Program-made: the position numbers and the translations under genes
Shown: in pieces, positions 1 to 7,883 of the stretch
Numbering within the stretch: position 1 is the first letter of the stretch
How the letters are laid out: each line of letters begins with the position of its first letter
Assembly: GCA_045585955.1 (NCBI GenBank)
Contig: JAZMZK010000018.1
Location: forward strand, 25,450 to 89,449
Source: Victivallaceae bacterium
Lineage (GTDB): Bacteria; Verrucomicrobiota; Lentisphaeria; Victivallales; Victivallaceae
Reading direction: 5' to 3'
Length of the DNA: 64,000 nt
Notes under the pieces: generated by a model
The model's database searches: none
The model's input: the letters and a program-made list of their open reading frames with translations, nothing else
Told to the model about the DNA's origin: nothing

Positions 1-2103
1 AACTTCACTGACGGCATACTCGGCACCGACGATGATACCGTTGTGGTCGGTTCTGTCAGTTACGGTGGCTTTTATGTTTCGGAAGCACTTTACAGTCGTG
101 ATTTTACTTACAGCAATGGAGTCCTTTCCGGATTTACGCTGGTTGGACAGTGGAATAAAAATGATCTTGAGCTCTATTATGGAGCTCAAGCTATTGACCT
201 GCTGATGACCTGCAGCAGCACGCTGACGATCCACAGCAGCAGTATTGCGAAAAATGTAGAAACAAAAAATTCTTACATTTACGCCGGAGATGTCTTTAAT
301 GACGGCGCACCGGTGCATACCCAGGTAATTTATGTAAAAAATACCGGCAGACTGGAAGATGCCCGCATGGACTTTAACAGTATCATTAAGCTGGAACGCA
401 ATGGTACGGCAAAAAATATCTATCTGGAAAGACCGGATCTGTTTGAAGACCCCGAGGGTATGTATACTGATCCGGAAACAATGGAACCAGACTATTTTCT
501 GTATGGCGCTCCTGCCACACTTGAGGCGGAAGATGGTGGTATCCTTGAAGGATATATTACTGTTTATGGTATGTTGAATGTTCTGCCAGGAGCAACAGTA
601 CAAGCCGACAATGCCGATATTCAGTTCGGTTTGGCAAGTGATAACAAACTGCTTGATGAGTTTTTCGACCTGGACGGCAGCGGACTGGTGGTGAATGCCG
701 ATAAACTCGATGGCGCCGTATTTTCTTTGGCAACGGCAAGAGTTGCCGAAAACTTTTACTCTAAAGTTGCTTCGTATACCGACGACAGTTTTTATACCTC
801 GCTTACTGTGGAACTTATCAACAGCAAGGGCGAACATACCGGAATTTATGTAACTGATACACAAAATGCAATTTGCGATGCAAAAGAGTATGATATGACC
901 ACCAGTATTATTGATGGTGTTAAATATGTGCAGATTTCAGTAACCGATGTTCCGGTAATATGGGGGTCTGAAGATCCGGAACCGTTGCCGCCCAATCAAC
1001 CATGCCCCCGCCCCATTGATCCGCTGCCCGGAACCGATGCAGTGTATCTGGTTGACTACAGTTTGACTGCCGATTTTGAAAAGGTGGTGCGAATCAAAGT
1101 CAGCGGTGATCTTACACCGCTTAATCTGGATAACGGCACTCATTACATCCGGGCGCGTTATATCAACAGCAATGCGTGGAGCGATACCCAGATCCTTACA
1201 GTCAGCAGCAACAACTCGGCTGAAAGTCTGAATATTACCATTACTGAAGATTTGGTTCCGGCAATTATTTTTGCCACCAGTGACTCATTATGGAGTAAGC
1301 GTTATGCCGCTGAACATCAGGGAATAAAAGGTTCCTGGTCAGGTACTGGCGAGATTGTTGTTGCCGGTTACCGCAACCGTTTCAATGATATTTTCAATGG
1401 TTGCGGCGATCACAAAAATGTTATTTATCTTACCGATACCGACAACGGCGATGCTATCTTTATGGCAGATATATTCTCTTCACTGCCGGATGGCGTTGCC
1501 AAGCAGCAGTCCCGGATAGCAAATATCACTGAAATACGCGCCGGTCTTGGCGATGACATTATTGATATGACCAGCAAAACATACGCTTACACCGGTAGTG
1601 GCATGACTATCCGCGGCGGCGATGGCGACGATGTTATCTGGTCAAACAAAGGCGATAACAATCTTTTTGGCGATGCCGGAAACGACCGGATTGTCGGCGG
1701 CAAAGGCAATGACCTTATTGCCGGTGGTTCCGGTAATGACTCCATGCATGGCGGTGGCGGCAAAGATGTCTTCTTCTTCTGCAATGACTGGGGCAATGAT
1801 ACTGTTGAACAGCTTACCGGTGGAAAAGTTACCCTTTGTTTTGAACAGGATACATTTTATCTGGATATTCAATACGATAAAGCAATCGGCACAACGATTT
1901 CCGACGGCACCAACACCATACTGGTCAAGAAGATGAAGATCACCCAAGATAATATAATCTCCCGGTACGATCTTGATACAGCGGTCAGTGATTATTACAA
2001 CGAGCTTGGAGTGTTTTCGGCTGGCAGTACTTGTGCAATTTATGAAACCGAAAAGGATTACGATAATCCAGCCAGCGGCTTGAAGTACGCTGATATTTGC
2101 TGA
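1..2103 (+). CDS. Large secreted RTX-type calcium-binding repeat protein (5' partial)
   Basis: Frame 1 is open from nt 1, with no stop before the GTG at 43, so the gene continues upstream. The C-terminal third carries tandem GGxGxD nonapeptides (GGDGDDVIW, GDAGNDRIV, GGKGNDLIA, GGSGNDSMH, GGGGKDVFF) typical of hemolysin-type Ca-binding repeats. A strong hairpin terminator follows. Confidence 0.8.
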   Translation, partial: NFTDGILGTDDDTVVVGSVSYGGFYVSEALYSRDFTYSNGVLSGFTLVGQWNKNDLELYYGAQAIDLLMTCSSTLTIHSSSIAKNVETKNSYIYAGDVFNDGAPVHTQVIYVKNTGRLEDARMDFNSIIKLERNGTAKNIYLERPDLFEDPEGMYTDPETMEPDYFLYGAPATLEAEDGGILEGYITVYGMLNVLPGATVQADNADIQFGLASDNKLLDEFFDLDGSGLVVNADKLDGAVFSLATARVAENFYSKVASYTDDSFYTSLTVELINSKGEHTGIYVTDTQNAICDAKEYDMTTSIIDGVKYVQISVTDVPVIWGSEDPEPLPPNQPCPRPIDPLPGTDAVYLVDYSLTADFEKVVRIKVSGDLTPLNLDNGTHYIRARYINSNAWSDTQILTVSSNNSAESLNITITEDLVPAIIFATSDSLWSKRYAAEHQGIKGSWSGTGEIVVAGYRNRFNDIFNGCGDHKNVIYLTDTDNGDAIFMADIFSSLPDGVAKQQSRIANITEIRAGLGDDIIDMTSKTYAYTGSGMTIRGGDGDDVIWSNKGDNNLFGDAGNDRIVGGKGNDLIAGGSGNDSMHGGGGKDVFFFCNDWGNDTVEQLTGGKVTLCFEQDTFYLDIQYDKAIGTTISDGTNTILVKKMKITQDNIISRYDLDTAVSDYYNELGVFSAGSTCAIYETEKDYDNPASGLKYADIC

Positions 2104-2126
2104 CCACTTACAGCATAATGAATAAA

Positions 2127-2185
2127 ATCAGCAGTTTGCGGTGAAAAAAAATCATTCCGGCAAACTGCTGATTTTTATTTTTAAC
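2127..2185. terminator. Bidirectional rho-independent terminator between convergent genes
   Basis: A 13-bp perfect stem (atcagcagtttgc at 2127-2139, gcaaactgctgat at 2160-2172) is followed by ttttatttttaa. An A-run inside the loop region serves the opposite strand. Confidence 0.7.
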
Positions 2186-2197
2186 GCCTTATCTTAT

Positions 2198-2575
2198 TCA
2201 GCCGCGGCTTATGCGATTGCAGCTATATCCCGGCAAGCGGGAAAGAAAAAGTTCGCTGCGGGGGGAAAGTTGCCTGCCGGAATTATCCAATGCAGATTTA
2301 TTTTCAAAGTATTCCCTTTTGCCTACACCTTCAATGCTTTCGCTTTTCAGGATATTCTGCTCTGAATTATTTACCAGAAACAACGCTTGTTCACAAACCG
2401 CACAAAATATCAGCAGATCGCCGATATCAAGTGTTTTACTGCCGATTGCCAGCATGATATCTATTTCAGCCATCTTCACGGCGGCAGTCTGTTGTTCTTC
2501 TGAAAGCTGCTGCCATGCCTTGCGCTGTAAATGACAGCTGAAATATTCTTTGACTTGTATCATGGATGTTTGCAT
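2198..2575 (-). CDS. Phage head-tail adaptor / head completion-like protein
   Basis: 125 aa, with a GGAG RBS 8 nt upstream of the ATG. It lies directly downstream of the capsid gene. Size and position fit gp6-type head-tail connector proteins. No diagnostic motif was recognised. Confidence 0.4.
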   Translation of the reverse strand: MQTSMIQVKEYFSCHLQRKAWQQLSEEQQTAAVKMAEIDIMLAIGSKTLDIGDLLIFCAVCEQALFLVNNSEQNILKSESIEGVGKREYFENKSALDNSGRQLSPRSELFLSRLPGYSCNRISRG

Positions 2576-2652
2576 AAAAAATCTCCATTTTATTTGAAAA
2601 AACTCCGGCTCGGAATTGCTTCCGCTCCGGAGTTGTTGGTTATTGAAAAATA

Positions 2653-3801
2653 TCAGGCTTCCCGCAACGCTTTAAGACTCTCTGCGCTGCGCTGGATATT
2701 GTGAATACGGCAAAGACGCTGTTTGGCATTTTTGAATTCAAAAGTAAGTTCGCCGATCGCCATGCGCTTTACGCCGTCAAATCCTTGAGGAGTAGCATCC
2801 ACATCGGTAATGCTGCGTCCCTTCAAACTTGCAAGCCCCAGACCGGTGGTATCCATGACCCACACATCGGTATCGGGCACATCAGGATCAGCCATGATCG
2901 TCATACCTCTACCGGAAATTTCGTTTACAACAGTGGCAACATAAGCGCCGCGCCGTTCATCGCTCCGCAAAACCTGCAAAGAGCGCTTATATTCGTTGGA
3001 AAGCACTCTGGCCTGACCGGGACTGCACAATATCTGCATGGGTTCGCCGCCTTCAGCAAGGATATTCTGTGCGGCATCATTGACCATAAAACTGTCAAGT
3101 GCCAAACCGTCGGCATCAATGTTCATTGCATCACTGCCGGTGGCAAAACAGTAAAGCCCGCCCGCTTCGCCGCGGATAGCGGCACTGGGTTCACGGCGCA
3201 CACCAAAGAGAGCTACCCGGTTGAGATCACGGGCAAGTTCACTCATAGCAAAAGCTGTCTGCCGGTTGATCTGATTATCTATCGAACCGTAAACATTGAT
3301 CGCCATTGCCGTACCGGTCAAAACGATATCTTTGCGAAAAATCTGCATGTAGTTGTATTCGGTATTGCTCAAATGACTGGTCGCTTCCCCGTCACCATTT
3401 ACCGATCCTTCTGCCATAGGCGAACTTACAATATTAAGGACTGCATCAGCTGCGGGCATATCCAACTCCGCCCCGTTTGCCCCCGCAAGTTCCAGCATAA
3501 AGTATTCTTCGCCGATTTCAGTTACCCGGAACAGTGCCGAATCATTCTGAACGACCAGCAAGGTTCCGACCTTGAGTTTGGCAATATCAGCAGCAGCGGC
3601 GGCGGCTTTATTGCCCTCAATGCTCAAAAGCTTGATACTGCGGCCGGAAATCTGATCTTCCAGCCATTCATGCTTCTGGGCAGTACCGTCAGCAACGGTT
3701 GTAAAGTTGGAAATAAAACGGGGTTCATCTTTTACCACGGTCGAAAGAATGTCAGAAAGATCGCGTTTTTTGTTGAGAAAACTGTAAGCATAAATAGCCA
3801 T
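2653..3801 (-). CDS. Phage major capsid protein (HK97-fold, SU10/DUF5309-like)
   Basis: 382 aa with an AAGGAG RBS. The N-terminal pattern KKRDLSDILSTV...AQKHEWLEDQ and the overall length resemble the SU10-type major capsid family as I recall it. A coiled-coil scaffold-like gene lies immediately upstream. Confidence 0.7.
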   Translation of the reverse strand: MAIYAYSFLNKKRDLSDILSTVVKDEPRFISNFTTVADGTAQKHEWLEDQISGRSIKLLSIEGNKAAAAAADIAKLKVGTLLVVQNDSALFRVTEIGEEYFMLELAGANGAELDMPAADAVLNIVSSPMAEGSVNGDGEATSHLSNTEYNYMQIFRKDIVLTGTAMAINVYGSIDNQINRQTAFAMSELARDLNRVALFGVRREPSAAIRGEAGGLYCFATGSDAMNIDADGLALDSFMVNDAAQNILAEGGEPMQILCSPGQARVLSNEYKRSLQVLRSDERRGAYVATVVNEISGRGMTIMADPDVPDTDVWVMDTTGLGLASLKGRSITDVDATPQGFDGVKRMAIGELTFEFKNAKQRLCRIHNIQRSAESLKALREA

Positions 3802-3836
3802 AAAAAATACTCCTTTTGTGTTGAATAATATTTAGT

Positions 3837-4370
3837 TTAATTGATTTCCCGGGCATGGGATATAAGCATTTCCAATGCATCCATGCGCTTGATTTCACTG
3901 CCGGGCAAAACATTCCCGGCTGAAGTTCCGGGACGACTGCCGGCTCCGGGTTTGAGCTGCAAATCAAAAAATCGCGGCTTGCTCTTTTTAAGTTCCCGCA
4001 TAAATGTTTTTACAGCCTCGTGGTCTTCGCTGGAAATGTTATTTTTCTGCAAAATAAAATCCAGATATTCCACATCGTTAAAGCTGTAATCAGCGGCAAT
4101 GTTCTGCAAAGCTTGCGATGCCTTGATTTGTTTGAGTTCAGCAGCGTGATTATCGCGCTCTTGAACTGTATTATGCAGTATAGTTTGCATTTTTTCCAGT
4201 TCCGGACGGCTTTGCTGCATAAACTCTGTCAGCGTTTGTTTCATTTCGGCAAGCATCTGCTGGATTTCTGCCTGACGGGGCAGGGGGGCTTCCGGTAAAG
4301 TACCCTTTTCCGGAACGGGTTCGTTGCCATCAGGGGGGGCTTCTGCGGCAATAAATGACTCATCTACCAT
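3837..4370 (-). CDS. Phage scaffolding-like coiled-coil protein
   Basis: 177 aa with an AGGAG RBS. It is Glu/Gln/Lys-rich with a heptad-like helical middle (QQMLAEMKQTLTEFMQQSRPELEKMQTILHNTVQERDNHAAELKQIK). Its position directly before the capsid gene fits a scaffold. Confidence 0.5.
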   Translation of the reverse strand: MVDESFIAAEAPPDGNEPVPEKGTLPEAPLPRQAEIQQMLAEMKQTLTEFMQQSRPELEKMQTILHNTVQERDNHAAELKQIKASQALQNIAADYSFNDVEYLDFILQKNNISSEDHEAVKTFMRELKKSKPRFFDLQLKPGAGSRPGTSAGNVLPGSEIKRMDALEMLISHAREIN

Positions 4371-4540
4371 AAATACTCCTGGGTGAATGATTAAAAAAAA
4401 GCATCATGCAAACCGCCGGATGCGGCTTGTATTGCTTTCGTTAATCATGGCAGATATTGTCAACATAAGCTGTTTTTCAAGCACAAAAAAAGCCCGGAAG
4501 CATTGCACTCCCGGGCAGAAAAAAACAGTGATCAGATTTA

Positions 4541-5065
4541 TCAGTATTTTTTATCGGCGTAGGCGACCCAGCCGCCGGCTTTAACCAGCTCCAAATCAAA
4601 AGGAGCAATTTCAAACTTGTAGACTTTGGTCAGCTTGTCGTTGCTGATAGTGAACTCAAACTTTTCCAAATCGGTTTTACATTCAGCAGATGTGTTGGCG
4701 AAGTTGGCAAAAATATCATCAATGCTTGCTTCATCCAGCTGGATCGCCGCCAAACCACAGTTGAACATGTTCTGGCGGAAAATGCGGGCAAAGTTTACCG
4801 CGATCACCAGATTGATATTGTTGCACTCCAACACCCACGGAGCATGTTCGCGGGAAGAGCCGCAACCGAAGTTTGCACGGGTAACGATGACCGCTTTACC
4901 TTCAATATCTTTTTTAGGGTCAAAACCTTCCAGCGAAAGGTCTTCCAGGCAGTAGGGCTTGAGCGCGGCTTTGGTCAGCTCGGTCAGATATTTTGCCGGA
5001 ATGATTTCGTCGGTATTGATATCAGAACGGTCAAGAAAAAGGATTTTACCATTAAAGTTTTTCAT
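4541..5065 (-). CDS. leuD: 3-isopropylmalate dehydratase small subunit (short, archaeal-type LeuD)
   Basis: 174 aa. It has NTDEIIPAKYL and ANFGCGSSREHAPW motifs of the aconitase swivel domain and lies directly downstream of leuC. Confidence 0.9.
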   Translation of the reverse strand: MKNFNGKILFLDRSDINTDEIIPAKYLTELTKAALKPYCLEDLSLEGFDPKKDIEGKAVIVTRANFGCGSSREHAPWVLECNNINLVIAVNFARIFRQNMFNCGLAAIQLDEASIDDIFANFANTSAECKTDLEKFEFTISNDKLTKVYKFEIAPFDLELVKAGGWVAYADKKY

Positions 5066-5091
5066 AATTTTATACCTTTACAGCAATAAGT

Positions 5092-6378
5092 TCAACCTTT
5101 GTAGAGCGGCGAATTGGTTATCACCCCGGCAATGGCAGTTGCTGCCGCAGTTGCCGGACTCATCAAATGTACCATGCCGCCTTTACCCATACGGCCGTTG
5201 AAGTTACGGTTGGTGGTGGAGGCACAAACTTCACCGTTGGCAAGCACCCCGTTGCTCATACCAAGACATGCTCCGCAAGTGGGGTTGGTTACGCAGAACC
5301 CGGCTTCCATAAATATATCGATCAATCCTTCTTTGAGTGCCTGACGGTAGATAAGCGGGGTTGCCGGAGAAACCACGGCACGCACCTTGTCGCTGACTTT
5401 TTTGCCTTTGAGGATGCTGGCAGCGATCCGCAAATCTTCCAACCGACCGTTGGTGCAGCTGCCGATGTAGACCTGATCCACCGGGGTTCCGGTCATTTCC
5501 CGAACAGTTTTAACTTGATCGGGCTTGTAGTTGAAAGTCACTACCGGCTCCAGAGTGGTTACATCAAAGTCAATAACTTTGGCGTAAACCGCATCGGCAT
5601 CGGGGCAGAACTTGCTGTATTCTGCCAGAGCAGCTTCCTTGCTGGCAAATTCGTCAGCAATAAAGGGCCAGAGGTAATCTACCGTTACCATGTCAGGGTA
5701 GCAAATACCGCAAGTACCACCGGCTTCGATCGCCATATTGCACAAGGTCATGCGGGCATCCATCTTCATGGCGGCGACAGCTTCACCGGCAAATTCGATA
5801 ACATGGTCAGTAGCACCGTTGACAGTGAGAGTTTTAATGACCGAAAGAATAACATCTTTGGCATAAACGCCTTCCGGCAATTTGCCGGTGATGTTGACTT
5901 TGATGGTTTCAGGTTCACGCATAGTGCAGACACCTTTGAGGATACCCACTTCAAGGTCAGTAGTACCGACCCCGGCAGCAAAAGCCCCGAAAGCACCATG
6001 AGTACAGGTGTGCGAGTCGCCCATAATTACCGTAAAACCGGGACGGACAAAGCCTTTTTCCGGAAAAATAGCATGACAAACGCCATTGTGACCAATATCA
6101 AAAAAGTCTTTGATATTGTGGCGGCGCGCCCAATCACGCAAAGTTTTGCCCTGTTCGGCAGTTTTGGAGTCTTTAGCTGGGGTAACATGGTCGATGACCG
6201 CCTTGATCTTGGTGGGGTCAAAGACCCGGTCACGACCAATGGCAACCAGATCATTGATAGCAATAGGGGTGGTGATCTCGTGACAGAAAACACGGTCAAG
6301 ACTCAATACTGCCACGCCGGGGGCAGGGGAGTCAATGCGGTGTGCATCAAAGATCTTTTGAGCAGCAGTTTTACCCAT
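5092..6378 (-). CDS. leuC: 3-isopropylmalate dehydratase large subunit (aconitase family)
   Basis: 428 aa with an AGGAG RBS. It has MGDSHTCTHGAFG and GSCTNGR / CGACLG Fe-S ligand motifs of LeuC/homoaconitase. Confidence 0.9.
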   Translation of the reverse strand: MGKTAAQKIFDAHRIDSPAPGVAVLSLDRVFCHEITTPIAINDLVAIGRDRVFDPTKIKAVIDHVTPAKDSKTAEQGKTLRDWARRHNIKDFFDIGHNGVCHAIFPEKGFVRPGFTVIMGDSHTCTHGAFGAFAAGVGTTDLEVGILKGVCTMREPETIKVNITGKLPEGVYAKDVILSVIKTLTVNGATDHVIEFAGEAVAAMKMDARMTLCNMAIEAGGTCGICYPDMVTVDYLWPFIADEFASKEAALAEYSKFCPDADAVYAKVIDFDVTTLEPVVTFNYKPDQVKTVREMTGTPVDQVYIGSCTNGRLEDLRIAASILKGKKVSDKVRAVVSPATPLIYRQALKEGLIDIFMEAGFCVTNPTCGACLGMSNGVLANGEVCASTTNRNFNGRMGKGGMVHLMSPATAAATAIAGVITNSPLYKG

Positions 6379-6499
6379 GATTTATTCTCCTAAAATTGGT
6401 AATAATTGTTTTCAGTGTTATATACATTATATAAGATAATGCCGCAAATGCACTTTGTCAATCCACAAATACTATTATCTTGATAATATTCTGTACTTA

Positions 6500-7219
6500 T
6501 TAAGCATTTTTAAAGGTGATTTTTCCGGCAAACAACTTTTCCGGCAAATCGTTATCAGAAAAACAATCACCATTAAACAGGGCAGGGGTGGAAAGTGGAA
6601 GATTTTTCACAATACTTTCCGCCTGCTCAAGCTCAAGCATTTCGCCTTCCCAATAAAGTATGCCGGACTGTTCAAAAGCAGAGATTCTCTCAACATCAGC
6701 AGCAGAATGGATCTCCCAAATTATTTCCAGTTCAAGCTCCATAGCCTTTTTATAAAGTTCCGCAAGTTCGATTTGATCGAGCAGGGGAACAATTATCCGG
6801 ACAGCATCCGCGCCCCACAACCTGGACTGCATAAGCTGGTAAGGCTCCATAATAAAATCCCAGCGGATGATCGGCAAATCAACCAGATGAGCTACACCGG
6901 TAAGCATGCTGGGTTCGCCGCAATAAAAGTGTTTTTCAGTAACCACCGCCAAAGCTGCAGCTTTTTGCGCAGCAAACTTTTTGGCTGCTTCCAAAGCGTT
7001 AAAATCAACATTGACCGTACCGGAACGGGGAAAAGCTTTCTGCAAAGCATAAATATTGCTTAACTCATTTCCGGAAAGTTTGGCGGCAAGTTCCCGGTGT
7101 TTGCGATGATGCTGACTGCACAACTCTGCAATAGAGTCAGGCGGCAAAAGCATTTTCTGTTTTTTGAGATCCAGCCGGACAAGATCGGCACATTGCCGGT
7201 AAAAACCTAAAAGATCCAT
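6500..7219 (-). CDS. Indole-3-glycerol-phosphate synthase (TrpC)-like TIM-barrel protein, divergent
   Basis: The core AALAVVTEKHFYCGEPSMLTGVAHLVDLPIIRWDFIMEPYQLMQSRLWGADAVRII...LEIIWEIH matches the IGPS pattern (SVLT..F.G...L.....PvLrKDFI.d.YQ...a...GADa.LLI...vEVH). I chose the ATG at 7219, which has an upstream RBS, over the TTG at 7288 used by the ORF track. Confidence 0.55.
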   Translation of the reverse strand: MDLLGFYRQCADLVRLDLKKQKMLLPPDSIAELCSQHHRKHRELAAKLSGNELSNIYALQKAFPRSGTVNVDFNALEAAKKFAAQKAAALAVVTEKHFYCGEPSMLTGVAHLVDLPIIRWDFIMEPYQLMQSRLWGADAVRIIVPLLDQIELAELYKKAMELELEIIWEIHSAADVERISAFEQSGILYWEGEMLELEQAESIVKNLPLSTPALFNGDCFSDNDLPEKLFAGKITFKNA

Positions 7220-7811
7220 TTTATACCCTAACCTTTTTACAAGTAATTTTTCGGAGCAAAAGATAGCACCAACCAAGACTTTTGTCAAATATTTAACGAT
7301 TAAAAAAATGTTGACAAAACTTCCTTATTATAGAAACTATTAAAAAATGAAATAGAAAGACCTCCGGGAGTTACAACAACAAAAAATCAATAAATAGCCG
7401 GAAAAGTTAATCACAAGTTATTAACAGGCACTGTTTACATACTTGTTAAATACTTAATACAGCGATTATTACAAAACCAACAACCACACAACCTCACCAT
7501 AATCCACTTAACATAACATGTATTATGCGACATAATGTTTTAGCCGGAAATGCCCCTCTGGCGCGCCTTGTTCACGCCGGGTACGATCTATCACCCTGTT
7601 CTGAATCACAAGGTCTGCGGCGATCTTTGAAGATTTTATTTTTTTGAAAAATTACATAAAAAATCTTTTCTATTATTGTTTATCCTGTCAATATCATGGC
7701 TGTATCAAATCGTTTATTTCTTTGCGTCTTCGTTTCAGTGCAGGGGTATATGTAATTAACTTTGATCGCCGGTTTGACTGGCAAGGTACGAATTTTTCTT
7801 CAACTTGCCGT

Positions 7812-7839
7812 TTGCATTGTTTAAACACTGAATTATAGT
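7812..7839 (+). promoter_or_regulatory. Candidate sigma-70 promoter for the 7884 gene
   Basis: TTGCAT (7812-7817), a 16-nt spacer, then TATAGT (7834-7839). This is about 45 nt upstream of the ATG at 7884. Confidence 0.3.
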
Positions 7840-7883
7840 ATATGTACTATTCAAACAAAGTAAAAAAGAAAATAGGGGTATTT

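Noticed and set aside
6455-7063. A 202-aa plus-strand ORF opposite the TrpC-like gene
   Set aside because: It is antisense to a gene with recognisable IGPS-fold motifs, is AT-rich and low-complexity, and has no RBS.
7842-7883. The upstream ATG at 7842 as the start of the 965-aa ORF, and similar upstream TTG/GTG starts at 7288, 12062, 12478, 23234, 24955, 30536, 32604, 37881, 43447, 44601, 48313 and 56795
   Set aside because: In each case a downstream ATG has a better-placed Shine-Dalgarno sequence. That ATG yields a proper signal peptide or family N-terminus, or restores the ATGA / short-overlap coupling with the upstream gene.
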